Part shown: positions 1 to 11,802 of the stretch, piece after piece
How positions within the stretch are numbered: the first letter of the stretch is position 1
Layout: every line of letters starts with the position of its first letter
Assembly: GCF_963921235.1 (NCBI RefSeq)
Contig: NC_086097.1
Span: 198,216,001-198,280,000 of the forward strand
From: Mobula hypostoma
Lineage: Eukaryota
DNA length: 64,000 bases
Direction: 5' to 3'
Notes under the pieces: generated by a model
The model's database searches: none
Told to the model about the DNA's origin: nothing
What the model saw: the letters and a program-made list of their open reading frames with translations, nothing else
Position numbers and translations under genes: made by a program

Positions 1-140
1 TCATCAGGTCTGGATAAATAGAGAAGCGGAGTCAGACTTAGAGGGTGGGGGGAGGGATAAATAAATAGCTGGGAATTTGATTTGTGATTTTGTGTGTGCT
101 GCTTGGATTTCCAGCATCTGCAGATTTTCTCTTGTTTGTG
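1..140. mobile_element. Partial fold-back Penelope-like element (PLE) tail at the window edge
   Basis: Begins with tcatcagg (reverse complement of the cctgatga hammerhead core) plus purine-rich 3' UTR. Ends with forward tail gcttggatttccagcatctgcagattttctcttgtttg, matching other PLE tails in the window. Confidence 0.6.
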
Positions 141-718
141 TAAAATCCTTTTGGAATTGTTGCTGAAATACAAACATTGGTCAGTGCACCTAGGATCCTC
201 ATAAGATTAATTTCAGTGATAGAAAGACAACTTTACATTTTGTTGAACAAATGGGATTTTCGACTTAACTTGCATTGCTACGTGAGTGCCATTCATTGTA
301 TCCTAATTATTGAAAAATCACACAAATTGATTGAAGATAACACAATACTGTCATGTTATTGACCTAAATGAACTCTCAACATACTGAAGAGTGCTCCCTG
401 AACTGGCCTCTGGCTGATATCAAAGAGTTGGTGAGCTAAATTTTAACAGTTCTGGTGTTGTATACATGTCTATGATTAAATTACAATTAAACTTGGACTT
501 GAATTTTTATAATAAATAGCAGAAATATTCTGGCAAATGTTCATCTGTAGAGCAGTACCGATATCACTTTCCTATAGCCTCTTTTGTGAAGTGAAGTGTA
601 CTATTTCTCATCCTGAATAGCTTGCTTCAATTTTCAGAAATTTGGGTGACCTGTAAATAGAGAGTGGGAATGCACTTGCATGCATTGTAAAAATGTACTC
701 CTCTATTTTCTTTAACAG

Positions 719-800
719 GTTCCTACCTTCAAACCCAATTAATGGAGAGTATATAAACATGAAGAACACTGGAGAACTTCTAGTATATGTATATATAACT
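719..800 (+). CDS. Candidate host-gene exon (FLPSNPINGEYINMKNTGELL...), 3' boundary uncertain
   Basis: Strong acceptor ctctattttctttaacag|g and an open frame in non-repetitive DNA. No unambiguous donor. Confidence 0.35.
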
Positions 801-2017
801 GGTTATTCAAGTACTACACCACACTTGTGGGCAAATGTTATGTGCTTCCTCCTGCTTGAAACAAAAGGATGATTCACATATACACATTAATTACTGAATT
901 AAAGCATTCACAGATTTTCCAAATCCCATTGTTTTTCTCAAAGATAACTTGCATCCTTAGATAGTTTTCCCCTTTCTTGGCTTGTTGAAGCTATCACCTC
1001 TTGCCGCAGTTTGGGAGGATCTCAAGATATTTATTTCACAGACTTCACTGAATCCGGAATAGGCTCGCATTTATAATTCCCTAATATTCTCTTACATCTC
1101 CTGCTGGAATTAAATGCCTTATGCATACACTTCTGATTACATCCCCTATTTCCACAAGACAGCTCTTTGTACTTTATCACTCCGACATCCCTCAGATCTG
1201 GTAACTAGTTTTGACGCACAAGCTCCATCACATTATTTGAATCACTTTTCTCCATGGCTGCATCATAACTTCACTTCCTTCTCAACTATCTCTCTACCAC
1301 CTTCAAGATATGGCTGAACGAAGCTACTTTGTAGTAATAGTTGAGAACCCACTACTCAATTAGCAGGAATATGATATGTTGTGAAAAATGGTTTTATTTT
1401 ATAAATTGATTGCTGAACCCATGGTTAGACTTGAGCAGGTTGCAACATTTGTTTTATTGTGCTTCTTCAATAATTCTCACCGATCCCTCAGCGGCTCCAT
1501 GTAATAGTAGATGATGTGGCTAAATAATACAGAGCAGACGTAAGAGATTGCAGATGCTGCAATCTGGATCAAAAAAACAAACTGCTGGAGAAGCTCTGCC
1601 AAAACATTGAACCAACCTTTTGACTCCACAGCTGGTGCTTGGCCACTTGTTTATTTTGTATTTGTTTCATGAAGAGATCAAATAGAAATGAATGAAAATC
1701 AGTGGTTATTATCTTAGGTTAGTTTATGGTAAACCATGAAATAAAGTGGATCTCAAATGTCTTCTCTTTTGTGGTACTGAATCCAACATTTTTCACTTGG
1801 GTCATTTTGAACGAACATGATTTCCAAGGTGTTATCAACACCTACCTTACAACAATTAATTTGCACTCTTCAGAAATGCCTTGTCATCCATCCCCAGCAC
1901 TTTTCATTGTGAGAGAACCCTTCCCTGCAACTTTTTCAAGTTCTTTATCCAATTCTTTCAAGCTCAAAACTTAGTGTAACAACCCATATCCGCCAGGTCA
2001 ATGCAAACTTGTTCCAC

Positions 2018-2233
2018 AAAATGCTGGAGGAACTCAGCAGGCCAAGCAGCAACGATGGAAAAGAGCATAGTCACCATTTTGGGCAGAGGCCCAGTCCTGC
2101 CGAAGGGTCTCAGCCTGAAACATCAACTGTACTCTTTTCCATCGAAGCTGCCTGGCCTTCTTAGTTCCTCCAGCATCTTGTGTGCGTTGCTTGGAATCCA
2201 GCATCTGCAGACTTCCTCTTTTTTGTGATTGGT
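2018..2233. mobile_element. Short fold-back PLE tail insertion with degenerate hammerhead
   Basis: Reverse tail followed by forward tail (agtcctgccgaagggtctcagcctgaaacatcaact...cagcatctgcag). Flanked by caaacttgttccac (2004-2017) and caaccttgttccac (2234-2247), 14 bp with 1 mismatch. Confidence 0.8.
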
Positions 2234-2695
2234 CAACCTTGTTCCACTTCATGTTATCATTTGAACACTTGTCTGATTATCTATCCGTTTAAAGCTTTTT
2301 ATATTCTTGTCTGAGAAGTTAGCTTTTGTGCTCTTCTCAGATACCTCTGCAACTAAAATAAAAAAAAAACAACTTTTTCTATCTTGATAGTGAAGATCAT
2401 GCTTTAATTTCCAAAATCTGAATCTTCCCATGGTAACCTTGACAACAGGTTTGCAAAGTGTTTAGTTTCAATCTTCTATATTCAATTGTTTAATCGTATT
2501 GAGGTAAGAGAATGCATACTGTTGCATTCTAGACACAACTATTATTTGTATTGTTAACTTCAGACAACTGTTGTTAATCAAGGCTTATGGTCTGTAACCA
2601 AGATAAAAAAGTCTTTCCTTTAGGAACCGGATAAATAATTTTTACTCCAGAACAGATATCTCATCTTTAGCTTTATTTTTCTTCCTCTTTGACAG

Positions 2696-2715
2696 TGGAT
2701 GTATTACAAATGCAG
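2696..2715 (+). CDS. Candidate 20-bp micro-exon (xDVLQMQ)
   Basis: Long polypyrimidine tract + gacag acceptor; weak donor cag|gtctca. Its end phase matches the start of candidate exon 16640. Confidence 0.2.
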
Positions 2716-3581
2716 GTCTCATCATTTATGGGGTGTCAGTAGTGTAATACTGTTTACTTTTTGGCTTGTGGCATAAATGCACCTTACGCTAAATGTCAAA
2801 CTTATGGAATATATTTTATTACTTGTTAATTTATTTGTGGTAACATTACTTTGCATTGTGCACCTTGGTCCAGAGGAACGTTGTTTCATTTGGCAGTATA
2901 CATGTATGTAGTTGAATGACAATAAACTTGACTGATTGCTCTTCCTGACCATAATTTGAAACTGCAGATAAACTTGACTGTATGTGTTGTGCCACGGTGA
3001 ATGAGTGAACATTCTCCTTGTAGACTCTTTTTATAAAAGGATCATGCTGTTTCTTGCCCCCAATTCATTTCTTGACTTTCTTCAGAAACTGATGTAATGC
3101 GATCGATAATATCTGGCAAAGATGTAGCATATGCTTGTGTCATTTGAGTTATGCGATGCTTTCAGATTTCTTTTCTTTAATATCTGCTTCTAGCTTTCCT
3201 TGATTGGTTGAATTCAATTTGCATCTAATTTTAGACAAAGATAAATGACTTCACTCTGCATGTCTGTATTCTTGCTTCCTTTGAGAGTTACTTTATGTAC
3301 ATGCAGTCATCTGAAAACTTCCAATGTTAAACCAATTTCTTCTTTGCTATTTGTGACTATCAGGACTCATGTTGATTGTGCATACATGAAAGATGCCTTG
3401 GAATGTCTGGTGTACTTAGTAACAAGAGGCTTACTAACCTTGCCAATGGATTTGAAGACAGAGGCAAGATTGGTGGTAAATCTCAAGTGCTTGAGATGTC
3501 ACCAATGGGTTATCCATATCTCTAATGCATACAGAAGAGAGGGAATACTGCTGTTTGGTAAGAGAATAAGATTCGTCCTGT

Positions 3582-4790
3582 GCAACACACACAAAATGCT
3601 GGAGGAACTCAGCAGGCCAGGCAGCATCTATGGAAAAGAGTACAGTCAACATTTCAGGCCAAGACCCTTCATCAGGACTAGAAAGGAAGAGGAGAAGTCA
3701 GTGTAAGAAGGTGGGGGGAGGGGAGGAGGAAGTACAAGGTGGCAAGTGATGGTTGAAAACGGGAAAAGGGTGAAGTAAAGAGCTGGGAAGTTGATTGGTG
3801 AAAGAGATAAAGGGCTGGAGAAGGGGGAATCTGACAGGAGAGGACAGAAGGCCATGGAAGAAAGGGAAGGGGGAGGAGCTTCAGAGGAAGGTGATGGGGA
3901 GGTAAGGAGATAAGGTGAGAGAGGGAAAAGGGAATGGGGAATGGTGAAGGAGAAGGGGGGGCAATTACTGGAAGTTCGAGAAATCAATGTTTATGCCATC
4001 ACGTTTGGAGGCTACCCAGACAGAATATAAGGTATTGCTCCTCCAGCCTGAGTGTGATCTCATTGTGGCAGTGGAGGAGGCCATGGACTGACATATCAGA
4101 GTGGGAATGGGAAGTAAAATTGAAATTGGTGGCTACCAAGAGATCCTGCTTATGTGGTGGATAGAGCAAAGGTGCTCGGCAAAGCAGTCTCCGAATCTGT
4201 GTCGTGTCTCACTGATATGCAGGATACCGCACCGGGAGCACCTGATTCAGTAGATGACCCCACCAGACTCACAAGTAAAGAGTCAACTCATCTGGAAGGA
4301 CTCTTTGGGACCCTGAATGTTAATAAGTGAGGAGGCATTTGGGCAAGTGTGAAATTTGTTCCGTTTGCAAGGATAAATACCAGGAGGAAGATCAGTGGAA
4401 AGGAGTGAGTGGATAAAGAAGTCACTAGGGAGCGATCCCTAGGGACAATGGAAAGCGGGTGGGGAAGGGAAATATGTGGTGGGATTCTGTTGGAGATGTT
4501 GGAAGTTACAGAGAATTATGTGCTGGACATGGAGTCTAGTGGGGTGGTAGGGGAGGACGTGAGAAACCCTATCCATGATGTAGTGGCAGGAGGATGGGGT
4601 GTGCGTAAAATGGAAGAGATGCATTCACGGTGGAGGAAGGGAAGCCCCTTTGTTTGAACAAGGGGGACATCAGAGTTGTTCTGGAATGAAAAGCCTCATA
4701 CTGAGAGCAGGTGTGGTGGAGATGAAGGAACTGAGAGAAGGGGATGGTAGTTTTACAAGTGATGGGGTGGGAAGAGGTATAGTCCAGATA
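3582..4790 (-). mobile_element. Degenerate 5'-truncated Penelope-like element (RT C-terminus, GIY-YIG, 3' UTR)
   Basis: Minus-strand peptides YLDYTSSHPITCKTTIPFSQFL and VLPYHPTRLHVQHIILCNFQHLQQNPTT are homologous to the ORF at 11803-13020. The tail carries a hammerhead-like motif. Confidence 0.9.
3644..3679 (-). ncRNA. Minimal hammerhead ribozyme-like motif (degenerate, GUU triplet)
   Basis: Reverse complement reads agtc CTGATGA a ggg tcttgg cct GAAA t GTT gact. Confidence 0.6.
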
Positions 4791-4984
4791 GATGAGAGAA
4801 TTAGTAAGCTGGTGGGAAGCATCAGAGACATTGGTGGCAGCAGAAGGCAGGCGGAGCACGACCAATGTGGGGGCTAGAGTCAGAGTGGAAATTTAGAGGC
4901 TTTGATGAGAAGAGGCTGAGGCCAAAGAAACAGGTAAGAAGGGTAGGTTTTTTCTTTCGCTATTGCTGGTTTGGTCTTGGTTGC

Positions 4985-5822
4985 CCATAATACAGAACAG
5001 GCAGGATGGCAGATATGGCAGTGGAATGTTCCTCCTGTAGGATACCGGAATTCTGCTGGAGCTGGAGTTGGATGAACTAAGGATCATCTGGGAGACAGAG
5101 CAATTGACTTTTGAGCAGGTGGTTACAACCAGAGTGCAGAATTCAGGGAGTGGATGGGTGAACACTACGAGAAGTAAAGGGAGGAACAAATCGGTACAAG
5201 GGCCTCCTATGACCATTCCCCTCAGCAACAGGTACCCTTTGGATACTGGTGAGGGGGATGACCCACCCGGGCCAGGCAGCAGCAGCCAGACCAATAGCAC
5301 TGTGGTTAGCTCTGAGCCTCAGAGGGTAAGGTGAAATCAGGTGGAACAATATTGAGAGGGGACTCGATACTTAGGGAGACAAATAGAACATTCTGTGGCA
5401 GCTAAAGAGTCACTAGGATAGAGTGTTGCCTCCCGGGTGCCAGGGTCCAAGATGTTTCTGAGCGGTTGTAGAATATTCGTGAAGGGGAGGGTGAGCAGCC
5501 AGAGGTCGTGGTACATGTTGGTACCAATGACACAGGCAGGACAGGGGTAGCGGTCCTGCACAGTAAGTTTAGGGAGTTAGGAAGGGGGCTGAAGAGCAGG
5601 ACCCCCAAGGTGGTCATCTTCCGATTACTCCTGGTGCAACGAGGTAGGGAAAGTTAGAACAGGGAGACAGGGCAGACGAATGAGTGGCAGTGGAGATGGT
5701 GCAAGGGGAACGGTTTCAAGTTGTTGGATCTTTGGAACATTTTCTAGGAAAGCGGTAACCTGTACAAGTGGGACAGGTTGCAGCTGAACTGGAATCAATA
5801 TCCTGGGAGGGAGGTCTGTTAG
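4985..5822 (+). mobile_element. CR1 LINE ORF1 remnant (SGNH esterase-like)
   Basis: Broken frames give PMTIPLSNRYPL, GDS, CLPGARVQDVSERL and EQPEVVVHVGTND, typical of the CR1 ORF1 esterase domain. Confidence 0.8.
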
Positions 5823-5824
5823 TC

Positions 5825-6474
5825 ATTGTCATACTTTATACTTTATTGATCCCGGGGGAAATTGGTTTTCGTTACAGTTGCATCATAAATAATAAATAGT
5901 AATAGAACCATAAATAGTTAAATAGTAATATGTAAATTATGCCAGTAAATTATGAAATAAGTCCAGGACCAGCCTATTGGCTCAGGGTGTCCGACCCTCC
6001 AAGGGAGGAGTTGTAAAGTTTGATGGCCACAGTCAGGAATGACTTCCTATGATGCTCTGTGCTGCGTCTCGGTGGAATGAGTCTCTGGCTGAATGTACTC
6101 CTGTGCCCACCCAGTACATTATGTAGTGGATGGGAGACATTGACCAAGATGGCATGCAACTTGGACAGCATCCTCTTTTCAGACACCACAGTCAGAGAGT
6201 CCAGTTCCATCCCCACAACATCACTGGCCTTACGAATGAGTTTGTTGATTCTGTTGGTGTCTGCTACCCTCAGTCTGCTGCCCCAGCACACAACAGCAAA
6301 CATGATAGCACTGGCCATCACAGACTCGTAGAACATCCTCAGCATCGTCTGGCAGATGTTAAAGGACCTCAGTCTCCTCAGGAAATAGAGACGGCTCTGA
6401 CTCCTCTTGTAGACAGCCTCAGTGTTCTTTGACCAGTCCAGTTTATTGTCAATTCGTATCCCCAGGTATTTGTT
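5825..6474 (-). mobile_element. Rex1/Babar-like non-LTR element, 3' fragment
   Basis: ORF 5974-6345 (MLRMFYESVMASAIMFAVVCWG...SHPLH...RKSFL..AIKLYN) plus 3' UTR ending caataaagtat. Interrupts the CR1. Confidence 0.8.
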
Positions 6475-7045
6475 AATGTATTGAGGAGGGTTTAAACTAG
6501 ATTTGTTGGAGGGTGGGAACTGAATTGAAGAGGCAGAGGATGGAGCAGTTGGTGCTCAAGTAGAGACAGCTTGTAGGGAGTGTGTGAGGAAGGACAGGCA
6601 GATGATGGCACGGCTGCGGAAAAGGAGGAAGACATGGAGAGATTGTGTACTGAGTCACTGTGGGTGGAAGTCAGAAACAGGAAGGTGGTGATAATTCTAC
6701 TGGGTGTTTTTTATAGATGCCCCTAATAGTAACAGAGACATTGATAGGGGGGCAGATTCTGACTGGCGCAATAATAATAGGGCTGTTGTGATGGGTGATT
6801 CTAACTTTCCTAATATTGACTGGAATCTCCTTAGCGCAAGGGGTTTGGATGGGGTGAAGTTCAGGAAGTTTTTCCTGATGCAATATGTGGATAAGCCACT
6901 GTACTTGATCTGGAATTGGGAAATGAATCTGATCAGGTGTCAGAGCTCTTGGTGGGAGAGCATTTTAAGGTAGTGGTCACAACTCTATCACCTTTACCAT
7001 AGCACTGGAGAGGGATAGGAGCAGACAATTTGGCAAAACAGTTAA
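6475..7045 (+). mobile_element. CR1 ORF2 APE endonuclease remnant
   Basis: ESLWVEVRNRK, VVMGDSNFPNIDW, LMQYVDKP and [13 protein letters not shown] motifs. Confidence 0.8.
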
Positions 7046-7140
7046 GCAACACACTCAAAATGCTGGAGGAACTCAGAGGGCAGGCAGAATCTATGGAAAA
7101 GAGTACAGTCAACATTTCGGGCTGAGAACCTTTCGTCCTC
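7046..7140 (-). mobile_element. PLE 3' tail fragment
   Basis: gcaacacactcaaaatgctggaggaactcag...cagtcaacatttcgggctgagaacctttcgtc matches the reverse PLE tail and a degenerate hammerhead. Confidence 0.75.
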
Positions 7141-7145
7141 CTGTC

Positions 7146-8400
7146 TTTAAAAAAAATCACAAAGAGGAAGGGTCCTAGAACAGATCCCTGTGGAACACCA
7201 CTAGTTACTATCTTCCATGAAGAAAAAGAACCATCCACAACCACCTTTTGCCTTCTATGGTCAAACTAATTCTGGATCCGCAAAGCAAGGTCTCCTTGGG
7301 TCCCATGCCTCATTACTTTCTGAATGAGCCTTGCATGGGGAACCTTATCAAATTCCTTACTGAAATCCATATACACTACATACACTGCTCTCCTTTCGTC
7401 AATGTTCTGGGTCCCCTCCTTTTTGTGATTTTTATAAATGACCTGGTTGAGGAACTAGAAGGGTGGGTTAATAAGTTTTATGATGATACAAAAATTGGTT
7501 ATGTTGTAGATAGTCTGGAGGGTTGTCAAAGGTTATAGCGCAACATCGATAGGATGCAGAACTGGGTTGAGAAGTGGCATATGGAGTTCAACCCAGATAA
7601 GTGTGAAGTGGTTAATTTTGGTAGGTAAAATTTGAAGACAGAATATAATATTAATGGTAAGACCCTTGGTAGTGAGGAGGATCAGCAAGATCTTGGGGTC
7701 CCTGTGCGTAGGATATTCAAAGCTGCTGCTCAGGTTGACAGTGTTGTTAAGAAGGCGTATGGTGTGTTTGCCTTCATTACTGTGGGATTAAGTTCAAGAG
7801 ACATGAGGTAATGTGACAGCTATATAAGACCTTAGTTAGACCCCACTTAGAGTGCTGTGATCAGTTCTGGTCACCTCATTACAGGAAGAATGTGGATTCT
7901 ACAGAGATAGTGTAGAGGAGATTTACAAGGAATGTGCCTGGATTGGAGAGCATGCCTTATGAGAGTAGGTTGAGTGAACTTGGCCTTTCCTCCTTGGAGC
8001 GACGGAGGATGAGAAGTGACCTGATCGAGGTGTATAGGATGATGAGGGACATTGATTGTGTGGATAGTCAGAGGCTTTTTCCCAGGGTTGAAATGGCTAA
8101 CACGAGGGGGCATAGTTTTAAGGTGCTTGGGAAGTAGGTAAAAGGGGGATGTCAGAGGTAAGTTTTTCACACAGAGAGTGGTGGGTGCGTGGAATGCACT
8201 GCCAGCGACGGTGGTAGGGGCGGATACAATAGGGTCTTTTAAGAGACACTTAGATAGGTACATGGAGCTTAGAAAAATAGAGGGCTATGTGGTAGGGAAA
8301 TTTTAGGCAATTTCTAGAGTAGGTTACATGGTCGGCACAACATGGTGGGCTGAAGAGCCTGTAATGTGCTGTAGATTTCTTTATTCTCTCTCTCTATTCT
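7146..8400 (+). mobile_element. CR1 RT/3' end with inverted 5' segment (7146-7403 on the minus strand)
   Basis: Minus segment encodes ...[19 protein letters not shown]. Plus segment resumes VLGPLLFVIFINDL...YDDTKIG and runs to the 3' UTR and a ttct-type tail. Confidence 0.85.
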
Positions 8401-8403
8401 CTA

Positions 8404-9550
8404 TTTGATAAAATACCTCATGTGAGACTCATTCAAAAGTAAGGGGGCATGGGATCCAAGGAGACCTTGCTTTGTGGATCCAGAATTGGATCCACAGAAG
8501 GCAAAGGGTGGTTGTAGAATTGATGATACATAATCTGCATGGAGGTCGGTGACCAGCGGTTTTCCGTAGGGATCTGTTCTGGGACCCCTTCTCTTTGTGA
8601 CTTGGATGAGGAAGTAGAAGGGTGGGTTAATAAGTTTGCTGATGACACAAAAATTAGGGTTGTGTGGATAGTCTGGAGTGTTGTCAGAGGTTATATTGAT
8701 AGGATGCAGAACTGGGTTGAGAAGTGGCAGATGGACTTCAGCCCAGATAGATGTGAGGTGGTTAATTTTGGTAGGTAAAATTTGAAGACATAATATAATA
8801 TTAATGTTAAGACTCTTGACAGTGTGGAGGATCAGAGTGATGTTGGGGTCCATGTCCATAGGACACTCAAAGCTACTGCGCAGGTTGACAATATTTCTAA
8901 GAAGGTGTATGGTGTGTTGGCCTTCATCAACCATGGGATTGAGTTCAAGTGTTGTGAGGCAATGTGACAACTATTTAAGACACTAATTAGACACCATTTG
9001 GAGTACTGTGTTCAGTTCTGGTCACCTCAATACAGGAAGGATGTAGATACTATAGAGAGAGTGCAGAGGAGATTTACAAGGATGTTGCCTGGATTGGAGA
9101 ACGTTCCTTATGAGAATAGGTTGAGTGAACTTGGCCTTTCCTCCTTGGAGCGATGGAGGATGAGAGGTAACCTCGTAGAGGTGCATAAGATGATGAGAGG
9201 CATTGATCATGTGGATAGACAGAGGCTTTTTCTCAGGGCTGAAATGGCTAACCTAAGGGGGTATATATAGTTTTAAGGTGCTTGGTAGTAGGTAAAGGAG
9301 GGAGGACAGAGGTAAGATTTTCACACAGAGAGTGGTGGGTGCATGGAATGCACTGCCAGCAATGGTGGTAGGGGCGGATACAATAGGGTCTATTAAGAAA
9401 CTCCTAGATAGGTAGATGGAGCTTAGAAAAATAGAGGGCTATGTGGTAGGGAAATTCTAGGCAGTTTCTAGAATAGGTTACATGGTCGGCACAACATTGT
9501 GGGCCAAAAGGCCTGTAATGTGCTGTAGATTACTGTTTATTTTCTATGTT
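8404..9550 (+). mobile_element. CR1 RT/3' end, same subfamily, in tandem
   Basis: NKFADDTKI and EYCVQFWSPQYRKD...RVQRRFTRMLPGL; 3' UTR very similar to 8100-8400. Confidence 0.9.
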
Positions 9551-9655
9551 AGAATCAGACTATGAGTGTCTCAAGAGAGATTGAGAAAAGGTCCTGTGTT
9601 TGAAATCTTAGTCTCTGAACATCTTTTACTTTAGTCAGTCTTTTACTTTACCTTA

Positions 9656-10052
9656 GGGTGGAACTGGACTCTCTGACGGTGGTGTCTGAAAAGAGGATGC
9701 TGTCTAAGTTGCATGTCATCTTGGTCAATGTCTCCCATCCACTACATAATGCACTGCGTGGGCACAGGAGTACATTCAGCCAGAGACTCATTCCACCGAG
9801 ATGCAACACAGAGCGTCATAGGAAGTCATTCCTGCCTGTGGCCATCAAACTTTACAACTCCTCCCTTGGAGGGTCAGACACCCTGAGCTGATAGGCTGGT
9901 CCTGGTCTTATTTCATAATTTACTGGCATAATTTACATATTACTATTTAACTATTTATGGTTCTATGACTATTTATTATTTATGGTGCAACTGTAACGAA
10001 AACCAATTTCCCCGGGGATCAATAAAGTATGACTGTGACTGTGACTGTGACT
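9656..10052 (+). mobile_element. Rex1/Babar-like 3' end with (gactgt)n tail
   Basis: Near-identical to the reverse complement of 5835-6215; ends aataaagtat(gactgt)n. Confidence 0.85.
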
Positions 10053-10414
10053 CTGCTGGGGGCCTGAAGCAATTGCAAATGCTGTTCTGATGTCTATCTT
10101 CAATGAGAGTTGGTATCTGGGATATGGAAAGTGATCTATATTTGCTGGGATTTTGATCTGATTGTGGAAGAGAGAGTAGTTATGTGATTAGAAAAGTTTG
10201 TAGAGGATCTTTATCTTCCAAGCCTAACGTTATATAAGCTTTAGTGAAAGAGTTAATACTGATTTGAACTTGGTTTCCAAGTTATATGTGAGGTTCTCAG
10301 CTTAATTAGGATACTCAAGTCGTGAACCAGCCTTCAAGGAGCAGATTGGTTCTCTGTCTCTTTCCTCTCCTCATTAAACTGGATGTGGAAAGTTGGCGAC
10401 GATTTTTTTTTAAC

Positions 10415-10640
10415 ATGCAACAAGAATTTATTTAATTGGTATGGCTATTCCAAACACACAGAGCACATGGAAATTAGTAAGTGAAATACATCAGAAATAT
10501 GCTGACTTGAAAGAGGAAAATGAACAACTATGGTACGTGAACAGGGTATACATTTTCCCAATCGTAATAAATACAACTGGTATCATCCCAAAATTACTAC
10601 ACAATAGCACTAAACATTTCGACCTGCATGCCAATATTTA
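10415..10640 (+). mobile_element. R4/Dong-like non-LTR fragment (restriction-like endonuclease region)
   Basis: MAIPNT...EIHQKYADLKEE..QLWYVNRVYIFPIVINTTGIIPK matches the K..KY..L / PIVI..TG motif of RLE-clade elements. Confidence 0.65.
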
Positions 10641-10814
10641 TTTCATTTTCATTTTTAAAATCTTCTTATTGATGTATAATCTTCTACAGCTTTAAATGGT
10701 ACAAGAGTTCAGCAAATTGATATATATATATACATACAGTTAATAAAGCCGAAGAAAAAAACTTATCAAAAAAGAATAATATATAATAATAAAAAATATT
10801 TTTTATAAAGAAAA

Positions 10815-11426
10815 GAAAAGAAATTCTTTCTAAGATAATGGCTAACCATTTGGAAAATATTTTAACTAAAATCATCTCTACGGATCAAACAGGCTTTATT
10901 AAAGGCCGTTACTCTTTCTCCAATGTTTGGAGATTGATGAACATTATATACTCATCACTATCCAAGATACCCCAATGTGTTATTTCTCTAAATGCCGCAG
11001 AAAAGGCATTTGATAGAGTTGAATGGACATATCTGTTCAATGTATTAGAAAAATTTGGCTTTGGTAATAATTTTAATAAGTGGATTCAAATGATCTATAA
11101 GAATCCTATTGCTACTGTTATTACTAATAATTTTAGGTCTCCTTTTTTTCACTCTCATGAGGCACTAGACAGGAATGTCCATTAAGTCCTTTATTATTTA
11201 ACCTTGTACTGGAGCCTTTGGTTATTATACTCTGTGAAGCTAAAAATAGTCATGGTATCTCTATAAATGGGACCACATATAAGATTTCTCTTTACGCAGA
11301 TGATCTTTTGGTTTATATTTCAAACTCTGAAGAATTTATTCCTAATCTTTTGGAAACATTAAATGAATTTTGAAAATTTTCAGGATATAAACTTAACTTA
11401 AATAAAAGTGAATTGCTTCCATTGAA
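10815..11426 (+). pseudogene. L1/Tx1-clade LINE ORF2 RT remnant, 5' part (interrupted by the PLE palindrome)
   Basis: IISTDQTGFIKGR, AEKAFDRVEW, RQECPLSPLLF, ISLYADDLL and SGYKLNLNKSELLPL. Confidence 0.9.
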
Positions 11427-11474
11427 GTTGCTGGTGAACGCAGCAGGCCAAGCAGCATCTATAGGAAGAGGCGC

Positions 11475-11510
11475 AGTCGACGTTTCAGGCCGAGACCCTT
11501 CGTCAGGACT
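11475..11510 (-). ncRNA. Minimal type-I hammerhead ribozyme motif of PLE 3' UTR
   Basis: Reverse complement reads agtc CTGACGA a ggg tctcgg cct GAAA c GTC gact: intact core, stem I agtc/gact, stem II, and palindromic ACGT in place of stem III. Confidence 0.8.
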
Positions 11511-11802
11511 AACTGAAGGAAGAGTGAGTAAGGGATTTGAAAGCTGGAGGGGGAGGGGGAGATGCAAAATGATAGGAGAAGACAGGCGGGGAGGGATGGA
11601 GCCAAGAGCTGGACAGGTGATGGGCAGAAGGGGATACGAGAGGATCATGGGACAGGAGGCCTAGGGAGAAAGACGAGGGGGGGGTGACCCAGAGGATGGG
11701 CAAGAGGTATATTCAGAGGGACAGAGGGAGAAAAAGGAGAGTGAGAGAAAGAATGTGTGCATAAAAATGAGTAACAGCTGGGGTACGAGGGGGAGGTGGG
11801 GC

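Noticed and set aside
2018..2233. Short inverted-repeat elements as DNA-transposon MITEs
   Set aside because: The arms are homologous to the PLE 3' UTR and hammerhead, the ends are unequal, and the ~14-bp TSDs match those of the RT-bearing PLE insertions.
3245..3706. 153-aa ORF
   Set aside because: No recognisable domain; its 3' third is antisense PLE tail; likely a chance ORF.
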